Shown here piece by piece: positions 37,585 through 50,545 of a stretch of DNA of 64,000 nt. The DNA lies in the NCBI GenBank assembly GCA_951406725.2, contig OX597814.1:209374001-209438000 (forward strand). Direction: 5' to 3'. Both the position numbers and the translations under genes were made by a program. Position 1 is the stretch's first letter. Every line of letters starts with the position of its first letter. Below the pieces are notes generated by a model. That model was not told where the DNA came from and ran no database searches. It saw only the letters and a list, made by a program, of their open reading frames with translations. The DNA comes from Octopus vulgaris. Lineage: Eukaryota.

Positions 37585-38000
37585 ATTCCCCTGCTCCCGC
37601 CCACGCTGCCGCACTTGCCCTTACCTCTCCAACACCGCCCTCCTCACCGGCACCCATCATCGACCCTATCGCATCATCGACTCCTTCACCTGCACCTCCA
37701 GCAACATCATCTATTGCATCTCCTGCTCTCTCTGCCATTCCCTGTACATCGGACAAACGGGACGCCGCTTGGCTGACCGGTTCGCAGAACACCTCCGAGA
37801 CATCCGCCTCGCCAATGACACTCCAGTCGCACGCCATTTCCGCTCCACCGGTCACTCCTTGCAACACCTGTCTGTGTTCGGATTGTCCTTGCACGGAGGC
37901 CATCCGGACTCCCGCTTGCGCAGTGAACAGGGATTAATCTTCTCTCTTCGCTCTTTTACGCCATTTGGGCTCAACTCTCCCCCCCCCCTTTTCATCTAAC
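37585..38000 (+). mobile_element. Penelope-like element GIY-YIG endonuclease fragment
   Basis: Open frame YRIIDSFTCTSSNIIYCISCSLCHSLYIGQTGRRLADRFAEHLRDI....PVARHF..GH...SEQGLIFSLRSFTPFGLN. Confidence 0.92.
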
Positions 38001-38099
38001 CCAAGATCCTAAAATGATATTTATTCATTACTCTGACATCAAGATTATAAGACACTGGATCTTTAGATTTCATTCACTTTTCTATTTTTCAATAAAACA

Positions 38100-39141
38100 G
38101 CTTTTGAAGAACAAGGCATTACGTATAAGCATACACAGAACTTGATTTTTCATCAAAACCAGAACGTTAATTTAAAATTTTACTAAAAAATTAGTAATAA
38201 TCTTAAAATTTCCACAGGCAAATTACATCGTTGTTTATAACTAATTTTCCGTGGATTTGTACTTGAGTGATTTTCTTGGTTGTTGAGCCTCAGCAAGATC
38301 ATGAGCCAAGTTCCAACAATAGTCCACCATCATTTATAAGTTCCTTGTTACCTTTGTACTGATGGAAACGTTCTTGTTCGTCACTTATGTCATCATGATT
38401 TTCAAGGAATTTACCAACGTCACTGTAGAGACAGTGTAGCTTTTTGCTCATATTTGCCCCAAACTTTTGAAAGTTTTCCAGCATGTTGTCAACTATTTCA
38501 ACATAGCCGACCGTTTTCTTGTTCCTCAGAAAGTAATTTACAATTATTACAAATGGATTTCACGCTGCTGCTGCTGCTGCTTCAGTGGATTTCATTGAAT
38601 TTACAAAGTTCCTATCTTTCATCTATTTTCTGATTTGAGAGACCCATCAAATAATCCAACTTTTATCTTTTCAATGCTCAGAATGGGAAATGTTCTGTAG
38701 ATATAGTGAAAGCATGACTCATCTTTATCCAGAGCTTTAACAAATTGCTTCATGATGCTAAGGTTGATATGGGGAGGAGGTACGATGATTTTTCCTGGTG
38801 GAACTAAAGGCTCTCCAATCAAAATATTCTGGAACTAATGCTCGCTGCGGCCATTCTTTGGTCACCCAATGTTTTTCTCTGCTTCTGCTGTCCCTTATTC
38901 ATAAAAAGCTTTGATTTTTTGTGTATCCACTGTGTTGGATATACCAAGTATCCAGGAGAAAATTGACCTTATCAAAGTCTACGAAGGTTATCCGCTAATG
39001 ATTGGGAAATGTAAGAAAATTCGGATATCTTGAAATCTACACTTAATGGTAAAAATGGGTTCCACCTTTGGATTTAGCTTACCAAAAAACCCCTAAAAAT
39101 CAAATAAAAGATGTCCGACAATAAAATATGTGTTGGTTGTG
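38100..39141 (-). mobile_element. Internally deleted DNA transposon, Chapaev3/CMC-like transposase relic
   Basis: KIIVPPPHINLSIMKQFVKALDK...FPILSIEKIKVGLFDG and GANMSKKLHCLYS...FLENHDDISDEQERFHQ match the PPLHIKLGLMKQFVKAL / SDEQGERFHQD signature. The family assignment is from memory. Confidence 0.7.
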
Positions 39142-39249
39142 TAATTTATATACTATTTTAAGTGTCATTGATTTGTTGAGAATCGTGTCTCTTATATGGA
39201 ACTACTTATATATTATTGTAAGATGCCTTTATTAGTATTGCCGATTCTG

Positions 39250-39455
39250 AGGGAGGTGGACTGGCAGAATTGCTGGAGAATCAGACAAAATTCTTCAGTG
39301 TTTTTTTCTAGCTCTTTGGATCCTGAGTTCAAATCCTCTCGAAGTCATCTTCGCTGTTTATGCTACCAGGAACGATAAAATAAAGTACTAGTTCTACCCT
39401 AGGACTAACTCACTGTTCACAAATTCCTCTCCATGTGCGCAATTTAGAATCAGTT
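39250..39455 (+). mobile_element. SINE family B, degenerate
   Basis: GGAGGTGGACTGGCAGAAT...CTGAGTTCAAATCC...CGATAAAATAAAGTAC. Confidence 0.6.
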
Positions 39456-39812
39456 GTTATTGTTGATCCTATGTTTATACAAAGACGCTCAATCCCATCT
39501 CTCTAACTATTTCTGTTTGTGTATATTTCTCTAAAATTCATAGAACAATTCTTAATGCAATTAAGTATTGTATTTAACGTGTAATATACATGTAACATAT
39601 TTGTTAGAACATCGTTCTTTTATTGTTTTCCTTTTCGCTGGACAGACATTAGCAGCTGAAATTTCTTCGTTACATATGTTACTATGCTTTTTTATTGTCC
39701 TTGTGACTTGCCGAATTGTCGAAATAAACTTCCACGTTATTTATGAAATTTCATTTCAACAACAATCCATTTGTTGTTCTTTGTAATATTAAACATTATA
39801 AATTTATTAGTA

Positions 39813-40330
39813 ACTAGCAGTATCGCCCGGCGTTGCTCGGATTTGTAAGGGAAATAACTATATAAGCATTTTTAAAGAGTTACTTCCCTTATAGATGCCA
39901 ATTCGGGCTTCCTTAGCCATTTCTGTTTTGGTGTCTTCAAGCCATGAAGTCGTTGTTCTAAAAGAACGCTGGTCTCCTTGACAACGCTTTACGACGTTGA
40001 TTTCCTTACACTCCCTTCCCCACAGCTTCACGAGGGAGGGAAGAAGGGGGAGAAGCAAACACAGGTGCAGGTGTTTGAGCGTGGACGCCAACTCCGCCGC
40101 CATCGACACACGAAAAATTATGCATTAAAATGGAATAAAAAATGATGTTAAATTATTTTAAAAATCGTAGACTCATCGTAGACGCGCGCTAATACTTAGA
40201 CGGGCTCGATATGAATCACGACAATAAGATAGCCGAATTTGGTTAAACTGCACCGCAAAATGTGGGAGGAGTTAGGAATCTAAATCGAAGGGGACAGACA
40301 CTCACACAACTACAGTTTTATATATATAGA
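39813..40330 (-). mobile_element. Non-autonomous Helitron
   Basis: Minus strand: A^TCTATATATATAAAACTGTAGTTGTGTGAGTGTCTGTC...CCGAGC-AAC-GCCGGG-CGATACTG-CTAGT^T. A|T target, no TSD. Confidence 0.88.
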
Positions 40331-40466
40331 TTACACGGACAGTTTAACTAATAAGTTACCGAACACCTGAAACGTCTCTGATTTTCTATCCTGTTACTGC
40401 TATAATTTTGTACTCAAGACTATAGCACTTAGCGACCAAAGTCTAAAATCTACCTCAGTAATAGTA

Positions 40467-40875
40467 GGAGGTGGCATCAAGAAGCTCCAGGACTAGTTAT
40501 GTTTAATAAAAAATAACTTATTTACTTAAGTTTTAGCATAATCTCCTTCGAAATAGTCATCTTGCGCAGCTGTAGACCGATCCCAGCGTTCTTGCCACAT
40601 TTGGAATCCGGTCTGGAAGTCGTTTTCCATAAACCTTCTGCGATTCGCTCTGGATCTCGACAACGGTGTGAAAACGGCGACCTTTCGGCTTCATTTTCAT
40701 TTTGGGGAAAGAGATGGAAATCTGCAGGTGCTAAATCTGGCGAATAGGGCGGTTGCAGAAGTGATACCATGTTGCTTTTGGCAAGAAACTCACGAGTGAA
40801 GAGAGCTCGATGACACGATGCATTGTCATCGTGAAAAATCCAGTTCTTCGCGCTCCACAGATCCGGTCTCATTTT
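40467..40875 (-). mobile_element. Mariner transposase 3' fragment with terminal repeat
   Basis: WIFHDDNASCHRA...PPYSPDLAPADFHLFP. The end ..CTTCTTGATGCCACCTCC is followed by TA (40465-40466). Confidence 0.9.
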
Positions 40876-41022
40876 TCTAGCTCTTAACAAAAAATTGGTA
40901 TTTTACATATCATATGAATGCCCTAGTACATACATAGGTCCGGGTTTAGCATTTTTCTAGCCCCCAACAAAAAACTGGTATTTTACATATTGTATGAATG
41001 CTCTATTAGTAAATACATTGGA
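40870..41022. repeat. Two imperfect 80-bp tandem units
   Basis: CATTTTTCTAGC...TGGTATTTTACATAT..ATGAATGC at 40870 and 40950. Confidence 0.85.
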
Positions 41023-41319
41023 TTCTCATGTTCTGCTTATCAGTATCATTCGAAAACCGGTAACAATAAACTAGGAGTAATAATTCGTTAATAAATGAAC
41101 CTCTACTGCATATAATACAAATAAGTTGAGTGGTCTTGTTAACAGTGCTTGTTTTTATATGCATATATCTATCCCTCCTTCATCAAGAGTAGCGCAGTGT
41201 GTACAAACTGATAAATAATAGATGAATATGGAATAGTAACAGTTGAAGTTCTCTGCCAATATTATCTCTCTTTCACCAGAAAACATGAAAATACATTTCA
41301 TAAAAAGATTAACATGACA

Positions 41320-42260
41320 AGTTTGTTTTTATATATAACAGAACACTGGACAACGTTAAACATATTTGGATTTAGAACAAGGAATATCTACCATCTACGA
41401 AAGAAAGAAGCCCATTTGAAACGAAGCTTTTTTAATGCCGTGGAGAGTAAGACTTCAGAAAACCTACAACTTGCAATACACTTAAAAAAAACTACTTCCT
41501 GCTTTTGAGTAATTCTAATCAAATACACGATAAAAAAGGTAATAAAGTCTTTATAGTGAATTCTTAATAACCGTCTTTTATCCAGTAATATCAGTAGCAA
41601 ATTTAAAACATACTGAGCCATATTGGACGATCATCACAAAACTTAACAGAAAGGAGTTGATGACATAGGGGAAAAATTTAACTGTATTTGCAACATATAT
41701 TATGCTTAAGGACCACAAGCAAAACTTCAGTGGTAACCCTAAATACATGTTAAATCAGTAAAACCGAAATTAAGAATATTTGACAAACAAAAATTAGTGA
41801 CGAATATACTTCGTGTAAATTATCCCTTTAAAATATACAAAAAAATATTAGACTGGTTTCTTAAAGGTATTTGAGATTCGTGAGTTAGTTTATCATTACT
41901 AATTTTTATCATCGATGGTTAAGACTCTTCACAATGCTTTGGCTTTCACAAGTAATATCATACCTATTAGCAAGTCTAGTATTTATTTGGTCATTCACAG
42001 AGGAAAATCGCTCATTTGTTTTTTCTCAAAAAATTCCTCTTAGATTAAGAGAAATACTGAGTTGAATTTTTAATGTACCTCTAGGCATATATGATGGCAA
42101 CCAGTTATGCGATTTTATAGAATTTGTATGTCAGAGCTTCTGCGTAAAAAGTTTCTACGATAAGTCAAGGCATTTATAGAGTCAGTGGACGCTTAATATC
42201 GAGAATTATAACCACACATTAAATCGACTTAGATAGGACTTATTAACTATAATAAAATAC
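41320..42260 (+). mobile_element. Degenerate Penelope-like RT
   Basis: YIMLKDHKQNFSGNPK, ILDWF, FNVPLGIYDGNQLCDFI and GIYR..G are remnants of the ITLKDHK..F..NP / FDVxMGSYDGAEVCELVG / GLYRDDG motifs. Confidence 0.65.
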
Positions 42261-44034
42261 ATGTACATACATGAACAAACACTTTACTATAGATGCTAGA
42301 ATTCCAAGAAAGCTGGACTATATACCCTGCAGTACACAGTTGTTTTAGTTTGCATGATGAAGTGAGATCCTACTAAGGTGGGTTTTACTTGTTCCTTTGG
42401 TGGCGATAAAGTAATTACCGGTCAAAATGTGATGTAATTTATATCAACTATATCTTTTTTCTCATAATATTTAGGTTTGTGCCTTTGTCCGAAATCATAC
42501 TAACAACCTTTATTAAAAGCGCATATATAATATATTTCTATGAACACTAGATTTGTAACTGTATTCAGTATATTTCAATAAAAGTTCCTTTCAACTTTGG
42601 TAGTAATTATCTCTTACTTGCAATCAGATTGTTCTAGTATAATCCCTAATATATTGCGCAAAAGCACTCATTGAATTGGAAAATCTCCGCAGCGCTTCAG
42701 AAATGTTAACAATACTATCTAACGTTGAATCTCTATACCTTGCTACTTCTGCTTTATCATCAATATATTTCGCAGTCAGTGCTTCCAACTCTTGATAACA
42801 GTCATTGCTACAATACTTGCGTAGCTGATGGCATCAAACAAGTCCAGATGCTATCTACGAACACTAGTTGAACCAATTATATAACTATTCCTGCATGCCA
42901 ATATTGAATTATCTTCATTCTGAAACTGTCAAAATCAGCAAGAACGCTATCAAGCTTGATTCTAATATTGATGCCCTGGTATACGTATATGTAGAACTGC
43001 AAACATTTTGCTCAATTAAGTTTTACAAAGTTAACGAGAGATCGGTAGATATAAATAAGCAAAACATCCTTGTTATTAATTCTCATCGAGATTAAAAAGT
43101 AGCTACTTAAAGTGTATTTCGTCATTGGCTTCTATTTAAACAATTGTTTATTGTGTTAGACCCCCAAAAGATTAACTTGAGTTGAATGGTTTTCCAGACC
43201 TATAACGGCACAGCTAATTTGAACTGTTTTGTGCCATTCAGTGAGACAAGATCTCATGATTATTTTTCCGTTAACACTAAGTGTATTGCTGAGTGACATT
43301 TATTTTCGTTTAAACTGCACTTTCAACAATAAATTTCAAATAACAAATATTAGTTTAGTGAAATCTTCATTTTGTTCCGATGGACATTATTTCTAATATA
43401 TTACTCGGTATCTACAAAATCGACTAACGATCAATGACTGAATTATGTCAAATAAATGAGGAAGCTTGCGAAGTTATTTCAACTGCACGACTGTAAAACG
43501 ATTACGCAATATCAACGATTTTTGGATAAAGCAAACACTTCAGAGTAGATTTAATTAACGTTGGATGTTGTTGGCTATACAATATTTGAATTGCATAGTA
43601 CATAGAAAAATATCGATGAATGATAATATTTAAAGTTTCTGTTCAGAGTATACAGGTCGGAACTGCTAAAGTTTATTTCAAATGAAATCTTTTTAAAACC
43701 ACACATTCCTTTAATCGAAATTTGCACACCATGTCTCTTTGCATACATAAATACATCACGTAAATTAATCATAGCAATAGAATAGGAACAAATTGGTACA
43801 TTCCTATCTGTACACCCACAACTCAATTCAAAACACGAATTCTTCTTCCCTTTCGACACCGAACGGTTATTATTTGCTCAATATTATGATTCCGATAAAA
43901 ATTGTTTAACCTTCATTTACATATTCTATTGCATATTAAACTAACAGATTTGCTCGTGTCAGTTATATCCATAATCAATAACAGTTATTCAAATTATTAT
44001 GAAATACACCACATAATAAAATATTGATTTTTAA

Positions 44035-44400
44035 CATTGACACAACCCGTCACATTTTGATGAGTGAGGGAAGCAATCGATTAAAACGATCCCGGCATTT
44101 GGCTGGTTATTATTCTATAGACCCCGGATGGATTAACGACAGAATTGATCTCAACTAGATTTGAACTCCGAATGTAAAGAAGTGTCATACAATATTGATT
44201 TCTAACACTGATTTGCACAAGGCCTTGAATTTGGATGACGGCTGCTGTCAAGTCTATTGATGTCAGTACTTGACTGGTACTTCATTTTATCTAATGCAAA
44301 AAGATAGAAAACAAAGCTGACGAAGCTAGTAATTGAACTCAGTAAGAAAAGATGTAACTGAATATTGCAAGATATTTTGTCTGTCGATTTTTTCCAACCG
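44035..44400 (-). mobile_element. Two very degenerate SINE family B copies
   Basis: GACCCCGGA-GGAT-AA-GACAGAATTGA..GATTTGAACTC and ACTTGACTGGTACTTCATTTTATC..TTGAACTCAG. Confidence 0.55.
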
Positions 44401-44827
44401 CAAAATACAACGTTGAAACAATTTTAGATATTGCCCTTCGATATGTTTCCTTCATATTGGAACATTAAAACTCAAGAACTATAACACTCAAATAATCGTC
44501 CAATGATTTCAGCTGTCTTTGTTAGGCATAAAAACTTAATATTGTTATTATCTTTTCCTTTTCTGCATAAAATATCACCGACACTTTATCAGCTCTTGCG
44601 TCAAACGGTAGAGTGGAGAAATCTAGTGTAATCCCAGTTAACCGATAATATTACATTTGTTCATCTGTCAGCTGTTTATTTGTATTTTGTATCAAAACTA
44701 TCAGCAAAGTGAGCATCATTGAATCAATAATTTAAATCTGATGGCACTTGAAACTAGTATCCGATTTTGTGCCTCTTTAGAAGGAATACAAAATTTTATT
44801 TGTCCATTTTAAAAATTTTGTTGAATG

Positions 44828-45046
44828 AAGGCGGTGAGCTGGCAGAATCGTTAACTCGCTGTACAAATTGCTTAGAAGCATTTTGCACGTCTTTACATCT
44901 TGAGTTCAAATTTTGCTCAGGTAGGACTTTGATTTTCATCCTTTCGGGTACGACGAAATAAGTAGCGGTTGAACACTGTGTTTGATGTACTCTTCTAGTC
45001 TCTTTTCACAAACTTTCAGGCCCTGTGCTTGTAGTAGAAACGATTA
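44828..45046 (+). mobile_element. SINE family B
   Basis: AAGGCGGTGAGCTGGCAGAATCGTTA...GAGTTCAAATT...TTTCATCCTTTCGGG. Confidence 0.8.
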
Positions 45047-45933
45047 TTCAGAGGGATGAAGGGAAATCAGCGCTCGCGATCTTCCTTCTAGGCTCTTTAA
45101 GACTGGTGCAATCGATGTAGTTCGTGTTCAGACTAAATATTAAAAAGTTGCTACCTGTTAAACGATCAAATCTTAGATGAGATTCCATGGATTTGCAATT
45201 ATAGATTGTAAATATTCAGTGAAATATTTCGTAAAGGATTTCAATTATGTGATACACAGTACCAAGAGAAGAGAAGAAACTGGTACATCAAATGCCCTTC
45301 GACAGAAATGGTATGCAACATGTAAAGAAAGTACATGAGTTTTAATGAAAGTGGCAAAGTCACAAATCCATTCATGCAAATACACACACACACACTTGTC
45401 TGTCTGTCTATATTTTATCTCTCTGCCTATATATGTATATCAGTTAATGAATGCCGTAGTGATAGTTTCCTGCTCCAATAGTGCATTAATCGAACGCTCT
45501 TGTGTGGCGTACCGTGCAGATTCAGCAATCGTTCATTGATTGAATGACTGCAGGATCGTGAAGTACCTGAGATATAATTACTGAATTCACTAAATGATAT
45601 CTATCTTTAAATACATAAAAAGTTAAAGACTTCCTTGGGTCATAAATAACCATGGGATTCGCACCTAGAAAGTTCCCCTCGAAGGCACAAATTCGGGCAA
45701 GGTTGTTGATGGAAGATCAGTAGTCACTGAAGCATACCAGCCAGCCCTCTCCATACCACCAATGTTATCCAACTAAGTATAATGATTATACTAAGTTGTA
45801 CTTCACTCACATCCTCATGTTTGTTCTTATTCTTACTCCTATACTTTTTCCATCCTTTTTAAAAAAAAAGACAAACACACTGTACCTATTGCTAACTGTT
45901 TCCTATATGTATTAGCCCTCCCAACCACTTAGA

Positions 45934-46058
45934 CCCTCTGAAGAAGCCTAGAAGCACATTCATCATCCAAACTTTATTTGCCCACCCCTACAGAACACTG
46001 AAGAAATGGAGATGGTATGGAGGATTTCGTTACCTCTTGGTAGAAACGGCCGTAAGGA
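45934..46058 (+). ncRNA. Hammerhead ribozyme motif with ~98-nt stem II region
   Basis: CCT-CTGAAGA(45938-45944)-A-GCC-AGA...TCT-TGGT-A-GAAA(46043)-CGGCCGT-A-AGG. Perfect palindrome ACGGCCGT, GUA triplet, stem I CCT/AGG. Confidence 0.7.
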
Positions 46059-46082
46059 ACTAGCATCTACTGACAATATGAT

Positions 46083-46119
46083 CTTTTGCTCTTTTGCTCT
46101 TTTGCTCTTTTGCTCTTTT
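46083..46119. repeat. (CTTTTGCT) x4 tandem repeat
   Basis: Directly visible. Confidence 0.95.
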
Positions 46120-47514
46120 CTATAATATTAGTACATGTGTAATACATGGTTAATACATGTGTATGTATTCATCTAATACATTCTAATACATTGGAATAAC
46201 TAGACATACTACAATGTCTACCGGCTGATGTATGTCGTTTTTATATCATCTCCATTTTCCTTTTTGCCGTATCTATCTATTTCTGATTATCTCCCTTGAA
46301 AGCACGCTCATGGTTTCCAAGAAAGTTATAGCAGCGGTGCTGTTTCCAAAGTTTTATTTTCGTTTCTCTATTATTAATTTTACTCGCATCTCTATCTTAG
46401 TAGAAACTGATGGATAAAGAAATCAAACTACATAAACAAACGGCAGCAAAACCGTTCAGAAATTAAATAATATTAACAAATTCAGTAACAATAATAAATT
46501 TAATTTATCCTCGACAATTTTTAGTTTTACCAATTTTGAATGTATGGATCCTGTTTAAAACCACTTACCTACTTGGCAATCGCATTTCTAGCTCTGCCTT
46601 GAAGTAAGCTTTACTTCTTAGTCTCACGTTTTTGTGCGCAGCGATATTGTTAATCCTCCGTTAACAGCACCGTATGCAGGTCCTTTCTCTTTTCTTTCAC
46701 GCACGTATAAATGTTTCTCTATAGACCTTAATGATCGTAAAGACATTATATCAGTGGATAGACTAAAAAGGCCTTCATAGAGAAAACTGTCTCTGTTCCC
46801 ACTGCAGACGACACGCACCCAGCATTACAAGCACGGTCCGCACACCCACCTTCACATTTCATGACTACCATTGGGATCAATAAGGTACCGGACAAAGATT
46901 CTGGATTATTTTTCCGGTTTTGTTAATTAATTTTTAAGAGCGATTGGGTTCATTTTTAATATTCTCGTTTGTGACAGCAGTCGAGTTTATTTCAGGTATT
47001 CTCATTTAAAAAATCATCTCCGGCTAATCGTTGAGAGGACGTTCGTGTTGCCTTTTATTATTATTTTTTATTATTTATATTTTTGCCTGTATAAGTTTTC
47101 TTTTCTTTTTTTAGAAAAAGGCACTTACTTTTATTCACCATAAAAGGCGAATACAATAAATCCGAAAGAAGAAGCACATTCTAAGATGTAGAGCAGTATA
47201 TATTAAAATTGGGGAGGGCCGATTTGTGGGATTACCTTGGGTTTCCTGTCTATAAATGGTTTATGGACTTAAAACCTGGGGTGGTCCCGCGGGCTGGCCT
47301 TCCCCATTTTTAATATATGTATATATATATATTGTCTGCGGATAGGATAGTTTCTCTCAAGCCAGCCTTAATAAATAAACTTGTCTTGAAATAAATGCCC
47401 CAGAATGAAAAGTATTGTAGCCATGACTATCCTGTCAAATTTATCCAGTTTTATGTTATTCAAAATGTCTTTCAGTTTGAAGGACTGTAAAGTGTGAATT
47501 GAGAAATGTGACAG

Positions 47515-48147
47515 CAGTCAAGTAGAAACTCCCTCGTTGGTTTGTTCTTAATACTCACTGGCAACTATTTTGCCTATTAATTATTCACTAATTGCTGAAG
47601 AACAAGAAGATATGAATAAAAGAGTAGGAAGATATTTTCTGGCTTGAGCGCATAGTTCTCATTAAGTGTACGACCTGTGACAACAGGATTGTGGGTTGCT
47701 CTTGGAAGTGTGACACATCCATTTGAAACTGCAGGATTTGTTCAGTTCTGATGTCACATCACCTGACACTGCCAGTCTTTCTGAATCAAAAACACCAGCC
47801 GTAGCTGTCATTCCTTGATAAAACATACCGAAAATAATGATTATTGCCGAAATAAGACTAAGTCAATTCATGAAGAAGGAGGCGGGGAAGATGACAGAAA
47901 TTACAATGATGATGCTGAAGAAGTCGAAGAAGACAAACAGTCGATAAATATGAAGAGTCAAATCAAGAATGATGAAGAAACATGTAAAAGATCTAGACAA
48001 AGGCAGCCTATGGCATCTTCACATTCTCAACCATCATTTCAATCTAAGTCCAGTAAGAAAACAAATGATATTGTCAGTATAACGGAACTAGAGAAGTTAT
48101 CAGGCCATTTGGAATTATTCATCCCAGGAAAAGCTGGATGTCAATGA
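47515..48147 (+). pseudogene. Possible decayed coding sequence / processed pseudogene of unknown identity
   Basis: Coding-like frame LIAEEQEDMNKRVGRYFLA*...YDL*QQDCGLLLEV*HIHLKLQDLFSSDVTSPDTASLSESKTP, then a 110-aa acidic ORF and a T-rich 3'UTR-like tract. No recognised domain. Confidence 0.3.
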
Positions 48148-48699
48148 TGTATAAATCATAATTCAAAGTCAGCATTATTTTTGTTTATTTGTTTCTTTAT
48201 TCTTTTTTGTTACTTTTATCTTTTTTTTTTTTAATTTCATCTTTAAGAACTGACGTTAACTTGTTTTATATTCTTCCCTTCTGAAGATGCAGCATTCTAA
48301 ATACTGAACAATTTCATTATATTTGCTTCAGTTTATATTCTTTATTTGTCTATTTATTTATTTACTGTTTGTTATGTGACAAAATTTAATATTCCAACTG
48401 AAGATTTTCATTTGGCAGAAAATAAAAGAAATCTTAAAAGAAAAATGAAAGGCAATAGCCCAGACAGGACAATACAGGACAGACAGAACATGGGGCTCAA
48501 AATAGAGTATGGATAACGAAAGAGTGGAAGTGAGGAAAATGGAGTGATGAGACCCCACAAACCACGCATTATCACTGATCTTTTTTTAGAATCACTGGTA
48601 CTTACGTTCAAGTCACCTCACACACATAACAAGGCATACAATCTTCATTCACAAATCAGGACAGACAAAATGGGTTGGAGCAACTTATTAGACAACATG

Positions 48700-50465
48700 T
48701 AACACTTGATGAAAAAGAATGTCGCATTGTCTTTTGGCCTTCTTTTAGGATCACTGGTATTGTCTTTTGAGTTCGCTGGTGTTCAGCGCGGAGGTGATAA
48801 TTATGGGGTAACATGAATTTCTGTATGTATGTTTAGCTAGGGTGGTTTATTTTCTTCCATTCTTGCGGGCGGTGATATGTCTTGTATAAATCAATTATAT
48901 GTGGCTTTGTTTGGGGAAAATGAGTAGTATGTTTGTGTTTTATATATGTATGGTGTGAATGTGGGGTTTTGGTTGTCTTTGCTTTTGATTGGTTCTTTGT
49001 TTGGGGTAACTGCGTAGGATGTTTGTGGTTTGTGTGTGTATGTTGTGGATGTGGGTTTTTGGTTGTCTTTGGCGGTCTTTTTTATGGGTGTGAGATGAGG
49101 TACTTTTTACTTTCGTCTCTTTTTGACCATTGTCCATCCGTCGTCACTCTCCTCGAACAAGGTTGGCGGAGTCCCACTTGGGGTTCTCCGTTTCCCTCTG
49201 TGGCATCTTTGATATAGGCAGCTTTATCGTGGTGTAGGTAGACTTCTTTTTTTCTTTCGGGTTGACAGTCTGTGGCGAGTTGGTGGGTTGTTCCATTGTG
49301 ATGCTGATTGACTTCCTTCTGTCTTTCTTCGGGTCGTCAGTTTGTGGTTGGTTGATAGGTTGTTTCATCGCGGTGCTGGTTGGCACCCCCATGCTTTCCT
49401 TCGGGTCGTCAGACTGTGGTGGGTTGCTAGGTGTAAGGGGTGTTTCTGGTTGTAGGACCGGTGGGCATGTGGTTTTTATGTGGCCCTTTTGCCCACGCTT
49501 AGATTTCTTACGACGACTCTTTTTTGCTCTGGTATTTCTTCCAAGTCCCTGTGGGTGACCTGGATTATTAGCTCCAGACCTTGGCCCCTCCAGTTCTGCT
49601 GGTGTAGCCTGGTGGTCTGAAGGATAGTGGCTCTAACCTCCAGGTTCAATAGTACCACTGCCTCCAGTCACAACGCCTCGATTTCTGGTAGGACCTCCTC
49701 TATCCTTATTTTCGAGTTCACCTTCCAAGGTAAGTCGGCAGTAACACCAAACGTAGAGTGTTCCTTTGCCTTCGCTTTGGAATCGAATCTCACCTCTACT
49801 GTGCCGAAGCGCCTTCCTCTATTTACGTATTTCATGTCGCGCCAGATGGGTAGTAGGCACTTTTCGATGGCATCCTTAGATGCCAACTCTCTCCTTTTTG
49901 TTGTCAGGGACAGCGTAATGTAAACTATTGTTTTGTGTTTTGTGTTGTATATCACTTCTTCTGGGGGAGTCAACTTCATGTTCGCTCCTTTCCTCTATAA
50001 TAAGATTTTATATTTTTCGAGCTCACCCGGGTCGACTTGGACTGTTTCGCTAGTGACACAGGCCATAGACGCGTAGTTAATTTTTCCATTCCCATTCCGT
50101 GTTTCAATTCGGAGGTCGGTTTCACCATTCTCTGGTATGTTTTTCTCTTGCTTTGTTTGGTAAAATGGGAGGGAGAGTAAGATTTTTCGCACAGATCCTC
50201 CAAAAACTAGTCTGGAATTACATATTTGGAGACGTCAACTTCCATGTTGTACTGATTGAGTAAATCATTTTCCACAAAGGAAAACAATTCGGCTATAAAC
50301 AGGGAAAATTCACACAAAAAATGAACCTGCTAAAACAAGCAATGTGTCCAGAAGATACAGAAAACAGCAAAACTTATATAACAGTTCAAAAAACAACGGT
50401 AATCCCCAAACGGAAAATCTACTATTAAACGAAAGCAGTAGAAAAACACGTCTGTTCAGTAAACG
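48700..50465 (-). mobile_element. Tx1/L1-clade LINE 5' UTR + ORF1, degenerate, ORF2 absent
   Basis: IEKCLLPIWRDMKYVNRGRRFGTVEVRFDS...KIRIEEVLPEI and knuckle remnant KRGQKGHIKTTC, homologous to the ORF1 at 672-2067. ~72-bp coding tandem repeats at 49240-49430. Confidence 0.75.
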
Positions 50466-50545
50466 TATTCCTTATCTTTGTCTGAATATTATTATCCTTA
50501 TTTTTATTAATATTCTTTATTTGATTTTATTTATTTTTATATTTT

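Noticed and set aside
48278-48312. CTT-CTGAAGA-TGCAG...CTG as a hammerhead
   Set aside because: GAAA box and stem III are missing; at best a remnant.
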